Shown here: positions 14,196-24,238 of the stretch, one piece after another | How positions within the stretch are numbered: position 1 is the first letter of the stretch | Layout: each line of letters opens with the position of its first letter | DNA from: Eledone cirrhosa | Taxonomy: Eukaryota | NCBI GenBank assembly: GCA_964016885.1 | Contig: OZ024746.1 | Coordinates: 41,106,001 to 41,170,000, forward strand | Direction of reading: 5' to 3' | DNA length: 64,000 bases | The notes under the pieces: generated by a model | What the model was told of the DNA's origin: nothing | Databases searched by the model: none | The model's input: only the letters and a program-made list of their open reading frames with translations | Program-made: the position numbers and the translations under genes

Positions 14196-16215
14196 TCAAA
14201 ATATATAGTATTGCATCAATTAGTATTGGTTTGGGCTTTGTATTCCAGAAGATTCTTAGTTGTGTTATTAATGTGATGTTATTAAATAAATTACATGAGA
14301 TGTTCAAGGGAAATATCAAATTACTTCATGAATGGAAGACATTATCTACCATTACAAAAATAATGTTTTTTTTCTTGTTTAACATCAATTATTTTCCTTT
14401 TTTTATGTTTGCTAACATGAGTGGGGTGATTTACCAAACAATGACCTTTTGCATGTTGTTAGAACAAATGTTTTGCACAACCCATCCAACCCTTGCTAGC
14501 AGGGAAAATGGATGTTAAACGATGATGATGAGCTGGATAGGTTTCTCTCCAATAATGAACGGCTGGCTATATGATGTCTAAATGTGAAGTGCACAATGTT
14601 GCATGGACATGAAAAATGAGGGGAATAAATGCAGAGGATATGCGAAGGCTGAGGAGAAGAAATGAAGCGACCATGATTCCTGTGGATGTGTGATGTTAAT
14701 GTGCAAAAGTGATGAAGCATGGATGAGTTAAGAATAAAATGTGTATAAGAAGAATCCAATGTAGTGTGCAAGAGAGCAGACTATGTTGGATATGTGATGT
14801 GCATGGATGATGGCTGTTGGGTGAAGTGAAACTGCAGGAAGGGCTGGGCAGAAACGGTGAGAAAAGATGTCAGGACTGTATTTCATAGAGGGAATGTCAG
14901 AATGTAACAAATAGAGGAAAGCTGTGCTAGTAAAGACCCATAAAACAATGTGCAAACATGGAAAAACAAACGAAAGGATGATAATGAATAGCCTCCATAT
15001 TGTTAAAACAGCTTAACTATAGAGTGGAGGTGGTACATATTTACAGTTAGGTAGACTGAGATGGAAAATTGCCATCATCATTGAAAGGGTTAACTGCTAA
15101 ATCTCAGGACAGCATGATTCCCAAGTAATGATAGTCAAAACATTGTTTAAATCTATTATCATGTACAGGCAACTTATAAAACAAACATATGTGACTGGCA
15201 CTGCTGAACAATACAATAGCTGTAGCAAAGTTTCAATTCATAAACAATATTCTCATTATCATAATAAAAAAAAGTCTGTCACAAGCCCCGAGGTTCATCA
15301 GGCTGGTGCTTATCTTGGTTTCATTGGCATTAGGTGATTGAGAATACAGGCCACCAGTACATCACAGAGTTAACTCCCAGCTACTGCTTTTTCTCATTTT
15401 CAGCTGAGTGGATTGGAACAATGTGAAATGAAGTGTTTTGCTCAAGAACACAATGCACCACCAAGCCCAAGAATTGAACCCATGACATTACAATTGTAAT
15501 ACCAACACCCTAATCACTAGGACTCATGCCTTCACAATATCATACCACAGCAAATACAGCTCTAAATTTGTAAAATGGGATTCTTCATCATTTCTATTTT
15601 TACTTTTCCAAGCAGGTATGGATTTAAACAAGACATTTTTTAAGCAGTATACTTTAGGTGGATGCCTTTCCTAATGCCAATCACTACCTGTTTTCAAGTT
15701 TGATACTTGAAGACAGCTAAGCTTCACCTATGAAGCCAGTGAACTGTGAAACATTGTTTAAAGGGTAAGGATAAAGACCCTGTTAGTTATGAATGACCAT
15801 GGATTTGCACCTAGAAAGTTCCACCATCCGAGGCACAAGTCTCGGGAAGTTTGTTTGTGGAAGACCAGTAGTCGCCCATATATAGAAATCTCTACGCTCT
15901 ATGCTACCAATGTTGTTCAAGGGAAAAGCTGATAACTTAACATCAGTGACATCACAACTCATTTCTACAGCTGAGTGAAATAAAAGGTCTTGCTCAAGGA
16001 CAACACACCACCTAGTCCAGGAATCGAACACTCAACCTCATGATTGTAAGCTCAATGCACTTTACAATTTATGTACGATATAAACAAATGTTACTGCCCA
16101 AGTGATATCAGTATAAAAGTATATGCCCAGACACACACACAAAGGTTACTATCTGTTTGGGGGCACATATTGCTATTCAAAATAGATAGAGACATGGGAC
16201 ATCCTGTACACACAT

Positions 16216-16593
16216 ATCATCATCATCATTTTACGTCCGCTTTTCCCTACTTGCAAGGGTGGGACGGGAACTGATTCTGGCTTGATTTCTACAGCTGGAT
16301 GCCCTTCCTAACACCAACCTCATTTACAGTGCTTTTTTTTTTTCCGTGGCGCCTATATGTCCACTTTACAGTGTGGGCTGGGTGCTTTTTTGCCGTGGTA
16401 CCTCCACGACCACTTTGCAGTGGAATGATATGGACCCCAGTCCTATCATCTCATTTCTACAGCTGAGTAAACTGGAGCAATGTGAAATAAAGTGTCTTAC
16501 TCCAGGAAACAACACATCACATGGTCTGAGAATTGAACTCACAACCTTTTGATTGCAAGGCCAATGCTCTAACCACTAGGCCATGTGCCTCCA
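16216..16593 (-). mobile_element. CORE-like tRNA SINE, left copy of an inverted pair
   Basis: Same family as 5874-6206. Confidence 0.85.
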
Positions 16594-16631
16594 TTATATA
16601 TCATCATCAATATATATATATATATATTGAT

Positions 16632-16955
16632 GGAGGCACATGGCTTAGTGGTTAGAGCATTGGCCTTGCAATCGAAAGGTTGTGAGTTTAATTCTCAGAC
16701 CAGGTGATGTGTTGTTTCCTTGAGCAAGACACTTTATTTCACATTGCTCCAGTTTACTCAGCTGTAGAAATGAGATGGTAGGGACTGGGGTCCCTATCAG
16801 TCCACTGCAAAGTGGTCGTGGAGGTGCCACGGCAAAAAAGCACCCAGCACTCACTGTAAATGAGGTTGGTGTTAGGAAGGGCATCCAGCTGTAGAAATCA
16901 AGCCAGAATCAGTTCCCGTCCCACCCTTGCAAGCAGGGAAAAGTGGACGTAAAAA
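16632..16955 (+). mobile_element. CORE-like tRNA SINE, right copy of an inverted pair
   Basis: Head ggaggcacatggcttagtggttagagc (box A), box-B-like gtttaattc, RTE-like tail. Confidence 0.85.
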
Positions 16956-17255
16956 AAAAAAAAAAAAAAAAAATTATATATATATATATATATCTATCTA
17001 TATATCTATCTATCTATATATATATAATCTAGCTGTCGTCTGTTCTACAGTGTGGATGTCATTCACTTCGCACAGAAGTTTTGTTCAAATTTATTGAGGA
17101 AATTTTGTGAGTTCAAACTTAATTTTGATACAATTGTGTAGCTTGACCCTCCGTCTGAACTGTCAGGCGGTGGGTCAGCTCATCTTTACCCCTCCTAGAG
17201 GTGAAAAACCTGTTTTAAAAAATTTTGTGTAAAAAATTTCAATCGTCTAACAGAA

Positions 17256-19130
17256 ATGTTAAACGCAGCGAACGAAAATAGTGGTGGGGGGACAGCGGTA
17301 AGAGTTGTAAGCTCGCACGCTTTAGTCCTCCCTTCCTTCCCAACTAACGTCATAGAGAAGGAAGGAAAAATGAAAATAAAAACGGACGAATCTGCGGAGG
17401 AAAAAAAATTAAATGACGAAAACAACGAAAAAAAGAAATTTGAAAAATTGCATGACAATACTAATAACACAAACAAAGACACAACAAACAAAAAAATAAC
17501 AGTTGAAAATAACATAATATCAGAAAACAAAGCAGACGACAAGATTTCTTTTGCACAGAAAACAAAGAAATCTTTGACTTATATAGCGGAAAACATTTCA
17601 GATGTGGTACGAAGGATCACGGACGCAAAACAATACATAAGTGAAGGTGAGAATGGTATTTTATTGGTAAAAATGCCTCAAGAATTCACGAAAGACATTG
17701 AAAGCCGAACGGTCAAGTTTCGGACCATCAACAACAGTACAAAAAAACCTGAACAGCCTTCTCAAGCAGATATCAAAACAGTACTCGCAGAAGTACTGAA
17801 TGAAACAACTTTCATAAGAAAAGACAGACTGTATGGAAGCCTAGCAATTATCATGAAGAACGAATCGGCGGCAAAAAAATGTGCTTTGTCACCGATTCGT
17901 TCGAAAAATTTCACCTTTTATCCATCTTATATGGGGAAAAAAACTCAACGCATATGGCTGGATGCAATGATGCCAGATGTGGACTACTGCTGGCTCATAG
18001 CTGGCTTCATCGATCCAGTGAATGACAACGTGATTTCCATTGGGAAAACCACAGGCAATGCGTTCAGTGGAACAGGTATAGAGCTGGTAGTACAAATGAA
18101 GCCTGAACGCATCGCCCAAATACCCGACAGAATCCTATTAGAGGACCACGGGTATATAAACATTAGCGTGGAGGGGAGAAGGCCGTCCTGCCATATCTGT
18201 GCAGGCAGAGGGCACCTGAAGGCCGCTTGTCCCCAACTCAACAAAAAGAAAACCCTGCTACCAACACCAGCTCCACCACCACCACCACAACAGATAAACA
18301 AACAACAAAACTCAGTCCCACCCAACCCGTCCCTCAGTAACACCACAACACCACCACAACACAAACAGTCACAACACATTACCCCAAAACAAAATACAGG
18401 CCCACCCAACCTCTCACTCAATAAAACAACACAACCACCGCAGACACAACACACAACACAGTCTAACATAGTGACATCCATCTCCCCCACAAAGAAAACC
18501 AACACGGAAACATTACCAGCAAACATACCTCTTCCCTCCAACACTGAAGATAACCCAACGAATTCGGAGGAAGAAACGGAGTCCTTCAGACAGATTAAAA
18601 GGAAAAAAAGAAAACATGTGCAAAACACACAAGGACAAACAACCCCCACCCAAATCGCAACACAATCTAACAAAACAGAAAACACCCCTCCAGCAACAAA
18701 CAAAACCAAACCTGCCCCTCCCCTCTTCGAAACACTCACACCATCCGAAAAAAAGACATTACACTATACTTACATCAACAGAAACAATAATAAATTAAAT
18801 GAACTCATATACAATAATCCTTCGGTACAAACCGAAGGTGTAAACTTTGTTTCATCAGAAAACCACCCACATTTAAAACTAATAAAAATCCCAATGAACC
18901 TCTACCAAAAACTAAAAAAGGATTTTAAGGAGGACGTAGGACCACCCTCTGTCAAACCCATAAACCGCGTCCTACTAAAAAGCTTTCCCCCTCCCCTTCC
19001 CAACACAACTCCAAACACCCCAACCCCACCACACACCGACGACCCCACACCACCACAAGACACCCCTTCACCCAACACCCCCGACCCCATGGAAGTCGTG
19101 CAACCCGAACCCCGGGAAGCGGAAAGGTAG
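17256..19130 (+). CDS. LINE ORF1, gag-like protein with CCHC knuckle
   Basis: 624 aa; CHICAGRGHLKAAC (CX2CX4HX4C) followed by a Pro/Thr/Gln-rich tail. Confidence 0.9.
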   Translation: MLNAANENSGGGTAVRVVSSHALVLPSFPTNVIEKEGKMKIKTDESAEEKKLNDENNEKKKFEKLHDNTNNTNKDTTNKKITVENNIISENKADDKISFAQKTKKSLTYIAENISDVVRRITDAKQYISEGENGILLVKMPQEFTKDIESRTVKFRTINNSTKKPEQPSQADIKTVLAEVLNETTFIRKDRLYGSLAIIMKNESAAKKCALSPIRSKNFTFYPSYMGKKTQRIWLDAMMPDVDYCWLIAGFIDPVNDNVISIGKTTGNAFSGTGIELVVQMKPERIAQIPDRILLEDHGYINISVEGRRPSCHICAGRGHLKAACPQLNKKKTLLPTPAPPPPPQQINKQQNSVPPNPSLSNTTTPPQHKQSQHITPKQNTGPPNLSLNKTTQPPQTQHTTQSNIVTSISPTKKTNTETLPANIPLPSNTEDNPTNSEEETESFRQIKRKKRKHVQNTQGQTTPTQIATQSNKTENTPPATNKTKPAPPLFETLTPSEKKTLHYTYINRNNNKLNELIYNNPSVQTEGVNFVSSENHPHLKLIKIPMNLYQKLKKDFKEDVGPPSVKPINRVLLKSFPPPLPNTTPNTPTPPHTDDPTPPQDTPSPNTPDPMEVVQPEPREAER

Positions 19131-19163
19131 GTCTCTACACTCTCCTTTGGCTCTGCCGCCCAC

Positions 19164-22100
19164 ATGGATGTGTTAAGAGTAGGATGTTTGAATGCACGTG
19201 GCCTGGGCTCAACTTGGAAGCAAGCAAAGCTTCTAAATGACCTCAGGTCATGTAGTATAAATGTAATGGTTATCTGTGAGACTCGAATCAGCGTCATGCG
19301 GCAGCTGGCCCCCACCTTCGATGACTTTGAGGTGCATGCATCTCTCTGTCAACCTGGAGGTGGGGGTGGGGTTGTCGTGCTGCTGCAAAAACACCTGGGT
19401 CTTGCCGTACAGGTTGTGCACTCGGACCCGGAGGGTCGTTTGTTGGTGCTAGACGTTGGCAGTAGTGAAAGTGCGGCCTTGAGACTGGTCGCCGTCTACT
19501 CCCCTTTCGGAGCTGAACGGCCCGACTTCTTCCAGCGTTTGGAGACTTTTCTGGGAACGTCGCGTTCCCTGCTTCTAGCGGGGGATTGGAATGACATCCT
19601 AGATGCACGTTGGGACTATGCAGGAGCATGTCCTAATAGAGGGGGGTGTAACAGCCTCAAGGGGTTACTCGACCGTTTTAACTTGGTCGATAGATATCGA
19701 CTAGATTTTCCAACTGTGCCTACCTGGACTTGGAGAAACCACAGTGGTCAATCTAGATCGTACTTAGATAGATTCTTAGTTAGAAGTAAGGATAGGGACA
19801 TATTAAGCTGTCCAGAAATGCGCACGGTTGGCTACACGGATCACAAATTAGTGACCTGCGTGGTCAATCTCGAGAAAACACATAGACAGGGTCCCGGTTA
19901 CTGGAAACTTAATTTGTCTTTACCGGCAAAAGAGACTTACAGAAACCGGATTAGCAGATTAGTTAAGGAGAGGTTGACGGGTGCAATCGTCAACAACCGA
20001 TGGTGGGCATCTCTCAAAAGAGAGATTAGAACAGAATCAATAAGCTATAGCAAGATGTTAGCTGCCAATAGGAATAGAAACGAGAAAGAATTAACAGGTA
20101 AATTAGAAGAGGCAATCAAGAGCGAAGATGTGGCCAGAGTGCTGGCATCGAGGACGGCCTTGAACCAGTTTTTCGATGCAAAGCATGAAGGCTGCGTCAT
20201 TCGAAGTAAAATACGTGCTCTAGGTAATGAGGGGGCCAAAGCCGTTGGATGGGCCCGCGTGACAGAAGCTAAAAGTGGAAATCGATCCACCATCCGGTCG
20301 TTGCAAGACGAAGATGGACGAGTGATCCGGGAGCCTAAGCAGATGTGCGAGGCCTTTCAAAAGCACTTTGCCCAATTGTTCGGGGGAGGCGAGGGTCCGG
20401 GCCGGGGCGTGAATTTCGGTCCATACCTCGACGGCCTGCCGCGTCTCTCGAACAAAGAGGCGGAGTCCTGCGAGGGACCAATCTCGGCTGATGAGATCGG
20501 AGATGCGCTGAGCCAATGCAGCAGACGCAAATCTCCAGGTCTCGATGGTATACCTTACGAACTTTATTTAGCAATGCCGGTCTTCTTCTCCGAACTCCTC
20601 GAAGCGGTCTACTGCAATTGGCAGCAGAACGGGAGAATTCCTTGTTCTGTAGCCAAGGGCGTAGTCACGCTGGTGAGGAAGGACGAGAACAAGGGGGATA
20701 GTATAAATAATTTTCGGCCCATAACCCTGCTAAACACAGAGTTAAAGATTTTGGCCAAGGTGTTAGCAAAGAGGTTGGCGCTTGTCGTGGGTGGCCTGGT
20801 GGGAGATGCGCAGACATGTGCTATCCCATCCAGGTCCATTCACGATAACCTCCACCTCATGCGATACATCATAGAGAGGGTTGGCAACAAACCCGGCTTC
20901 GGTGGGGCCCTGATCAACTTGGATCAGTCTAAGGCCTTCGATAGGGTCGACCATGGTTACCTGGATGCGGTGCTAGCGGCGGCTGGGTTCGGTCCTGTTT
21001 TCAGAGGCTGGATCACTGCCCTACATAGCAACCACATCTGTTCTAGGATCAAGGTGAACGGCTACCTTTCGAAGCCGTTCGAAATCACACGATCCATTCG
21101 ACAGGGGTGCCCTCTCTCCTCCCTTCTGTACGTATTGACTCTCGAGCCTTTACTGAGGAAGTTGGAGTTGTTGCAGGGTATCCCCCTGGAACCAGGATTG
21201 AGCAAAGCGGTGTCGGCCTACGCCGATGACGTAACAGTAATGGTATCAACCGACTCGGAGATCGAGGCGATCGGTACCTTACTGGAGGAGTACGAAAGGT
21301 TGTCAGGAGCGAAACTGAACCGGGAAAAATCCATCGGGCTGCAACTCGGAACGTGGAGAGGCAGACCGATGCCTCCCGATGGTGTCGTCGGACACTGGAC
21401 GGAGGGCCCGGTAAAGTTGCTTGGGGTCTGGTTTGGACCGGACCTCCAGGTGGAAAAGAACTGGAACGAGGTTACGAACAAGGTGTTTGCACTAACCCAG
21501 AAATGGGCCAAGTGTAAGCTGTCCCTAAAAGGCCGGGCGGAGGTGGCGAACATTTACATAGCGTCCGTCACTTACTACCGCCTGACTGTCGTGCCTTGCC
21601 CTAAGGAAACACTCACCACCATGGAACGCATGCTCTTCCAATTTCTTTGGAAGAAGCGTCCTCCTATGGTGAGAAGATCCATCTGCTGCCAACAACCTTC
21701 GAAAGGAGGGCTGGGGATGCCGTGGTTGATGATGCGTAGGCACGCATTAAGGCTACGGCACCTACAGGTATTCCTCACTGGTCAACCGGTGTGGGCTCCG
21801 TTCGTGAAACGAGCCTTTCCGAGACTCGTCTCACTCACCGAGCTACAGTCCTGGGTCAAGCAAAGATCCGGAAAACTGGGAGACTGGCACACTGAGTGTG
21901 CTCAGGCGCTCAGGGCTCTCTGGCAAGCGGGCCGGGCCATCGGTGGAGAATCCACCTCATCATTCTATAGAGGGCTGGTGGCTAGCAGGGGCGATGACAC
22001 CCTTGGAGAGTCGCTGGACATGGAAGAAGACGAACTGGCCAGCCTGTTCGGTAGGACTTTCGGCCCAGGACCAATGGACAACTTCCAGAAGTCACTGGCC

Positions 22101-22601
22101 TGGCAGTGCTACCGAGGGGCTCTACCCGTTCGAGAGAGGCTCTACAGACACGGGCGCCCGGGCAGGGATCCCTCAAAAAAGATTTGCCCTAGATGCGTGC
22201 GTCACGAAGAAACCGTGGCGCACGCATTGGTGCAATGTCCGGGCGTGGCTGATCTGTGGGGCTACGCCGAACAACTGCTGTCGCGGGTGGCGCCGATTAA
22301 ATTGACAGCCGAGTCCGTGATGACAATCAAACCGCCTCCCCTCTTCACAAAGGAAGCAAAGGCGGTTTTTCTGTGCGTAATAGCCATGTTGAAAGAGGTT
22401 GTTTGGTGGACACGATTGAAAGGTCTGAGGTCAGGCAACTTCCTCTCTGGCCATAGTCTGGTCTACTTCTTCCGATATCACTTCGGAAGAAGGATAAGAA
22501 TGGAGAGAGAGGTGCTTGGCCACAGGCAGTTTTATGAAAGGTGGGTGATAGTGGCGAGAATGGCTCGTGTAAATGGGCCTTCTCTGTATACCATCCTGTA
22601 G
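19164..22601 (+). CDS. LINE ORF2: APE endonuclease, reverse transcriptase, C-terminal zinc finger
   Basis: 1145 aa; LNARG, GDWN, LDRF, TDH (APE); KSPGLDG, FRPITLLN, KAFDRV, RQGCPLS, YADD (RT); KGGLG; CPRC...HALVQC. Confidence 0.97.
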   Translation: MDVLRVGCLNARGLGSTWKQAKLLNDLRSCSINVMVICETRISVMRQLAPTFDDFEVHASLCQPGGGGGVVVLLQKHLGLAVQVVHSDPEGRLLVLDVGSSESAALRLVAVYSPFGAERPDFFQRLETFLGTSRSLLLAGDWNDILDARWDYAGACPNRGGCNSLKGLLDRFNLVDRYRLDFPTVPTWTWRNHSGQSRSYLDRFLVRSKDRDILSCPEMRTVGYTDHKLVTCVVNLEKTHRQGPGYWKLNLSLPAKETYRNRISRLVKERLTGAIVNNRWWASLKREIRTESISYSKMLAANRNRNEKELTGKLEEAIKSEDVARVLASRTALNQFFDAKHEGCVIRSKIRALGNEGAKAVGWARVTEAKSGNRSTIRSLQDEDGRVIREPKQMCEAFQKHFAQLFGGGEGPGRGVNFGPYLDGLPRLSNKEAESCEGPISADEIGDALSQCSRRKSPGLDGIPYELYLAMPVFFSELLEAVYCNWQQNGRIPCSVAKGVVTLVRKDENKGDSINNFRPITLLNTELKILAKVLAKRLALVVGGLVGDAQTCAIPSRSIHDNLHLMRYIIERVGNKPGFGGALINLDQSKAFDRVDHGYLDAVLAAAGFGPVFRGWITALHSNHICSRIKVNGYLSKPFEITRSIRQGCPLSSLLYVLTLEPLLRKLELLQGIPLEPGLSKAVSAYADDVTVMVSTDSEIEAIGTLLEEYERLSGAKLNREKSIGLQLGTWRGRPMPPDGVVGHWTEGPVKLLGVWFGPDLQVEKNWNEVTNKVFALTQKWAKCKLSLKGRAEVANIYIASVTYYRLTVVPCPKETLTTMERMLFQFLWKKRPPMVRRSICCQQPSKGGLGMPWLMMRRHALRLRHLQVFLTGQPVWAPFVKRAFPRLVSLTELQSWVKQRSGKLGDWHTECAQALRALWQAGRAIGGESTSSFYRGLVASRGDDTLGESLDMEEDELASLFGRTFGPGPMDNFQKSLAWQCYRGALPVRERLYRHGRPGRDPSKKICPRCVRHEETVAHALVQCPGVADLWGYAEQLLSRVAPIKLTAESVMTIKPPPLFTKEAKAVFLCVIAMLKEVVWWTRLKGLRSGNFLSGHSLVYFFRYHFGRRIRMEREVLGHRQFYERWVIVARMARVNGPSLYTIL

Positions 22602-22816
22602 GTAAAGAAGTAAAGGAGAGGGGAGCACCTTCTCCATGTGCTCCCCGGGCAAAGGATTGCACACTTTTTCGGGGGTGTGTGCAACCCCCATCACGTCCCC
22701 TCCCTTTTGAGGTTATTTTCGATTATTTTCATGTTACACCCTTTTTACTCGATTATATGTAAACTCCCCCTTTGTATTTGTCCCTTCTTTTTATGCCTTT
22801 ATGGTAAATAAAGAAA

Positions 22817-23737
22817 TCTATCTATCTATATATATATAAATAAATAAAACTGAGGATGTCTGTCTGTGTATGTACGAGTTGAATCCCTAAAACTCAAGAA
22901 CCACCCAACCGACTGTTTTCAAACTTTACACATGTAATACTTACGTTTCAGGGAGTATTCTGAGGAAAAAAAATTTTACAAATTTTCAATGCCCTAGGGA
23001 CCGCATTAGGCGATTTAGCGATCTCTCTCTATAAATCTTAGTCTTTCTCTTTTTAGATAGATACATACATACATATAACGTCGCGCCCTTATAATATCTG
23101 TCTGCATTACGTCACTTCCCTGAGGATGTCTGTCTGTGTGTGAGTTTGAATCACCAAAACTCGAGAAGTACCCAACCGATGTTTTTCAAACTTTACATGT
23201 GTATTACTTATGTTTCAGGGAGTGTTATGTACATAACAAATTCAACTTTTTGATCTCCTAGGGCCCGCATTAAGTGAAAAACTGCGTTTTTTAAGCTTTT
23301 TAGGGGTTTTTGAGGCATTACGTCAAATCGATTTCCTTGAAATTGTAACTATGTATTAGTCAGTCTCTTCTTCATACAGTGAGCAAAGTAAATCCAACTT
23401 TTTCATGGCCTAGGGCCCGCATTAGGTGAAAAACTTCATTTTTTCAGCTTTTTAGGGCTTTTTTGAGGCGTTACATCTAGCCGATTTTCCCGAAACTTCA
23501 AGGCATATTATGCACAGAAAAAAAATTCATTTTCTTGATCCCCAGGGCCCGCATTAGGTGAAAACCTGCATTTTTCCTGCTTCATCGAGGAAAATCCTAA
23601 AGATTATCCAGCCATCAGAGTATTCGGTTTATTTTCTTTACATATTGTCCAGGCATGCAGTTTTTCCATGATTAGGTCTGTTGGTGGCCCACGTTCTAAA
23701 ATACCTTATCCCGTGCAACGCCGGGTACCACTGCTAG
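22817..23737 (+). mobile_element. Non-autonomous Helitron
   Basis: 5' a|TCtat...ataaa start; 3' hairpin cccg-tgcaacgc-cggg (23710-23725) then CTAG|t. Internal repeats: ctgaggatgtctgtc block at 22850 and 23120; agggcccgcattag four times. Confidence 0.8.
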
Positions 23738-24078
23738 TATTATACATATATATACACACACACATATATATATATATACAACAGACCTCCCAAACTTCTC
23801 AAATTTCATTTCAATCATATTAAGAAATAACTATATATAATATGTATATAAAAAAAAGAAACATACAAACACAAAAGAAAGGCTCACAACTAAATCTATT
23901 TTTTTTTTTACAAAAACCACATGATTAGTAAGTATGTTAATCAGATAGTCAATATAATGTATAGCTGTATCTTGAATGTTAGATAGAACTACTGTTTTGT
24001 TGGTAGGAAACATACCTAATATATATATATGAGAGAGAGAGAGCGAGCGAGAGAGAGCGAGAGAGCGAGCGTGTGTGT

Positions 24079-24148
<70 letters not shown>

Positions 24149-24238
24149 GTGTGTTATATGTGTGTGTGTTATATGTAAAAAAAAAAAAAAAAAAAAAAAA
24201 AAACGGTGAAGAAGGACTGGCAACTTTACCCTCTAGAT

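Larger units (their letters stand above)
17028..22815 (+). mobile_element. Full-length L1/Tx1-clade LINE with 24-bp TSD
   Basis: Two intact ORFs; aataaa near 22807; identical 24-mer atctatctatctatatatatataa at 17004-17027 and 22816-22839. Confidence 0.93.

Noticed and set aside
13729-14319. 196-aa and 149-aa ORFs
   Set aside because: They are translations of the GA low-complexity tract.
16632-16705. tRNA gene
   Set aside because: Has A/B boxes but continues into a multi-copy SINE body; no clean cloverleaf.
17984-18739. 251-aa antisense ORF within LINE ORF1
   Set aside because: V/G/C/F-rich shadow of the A/C-rich sense strand.
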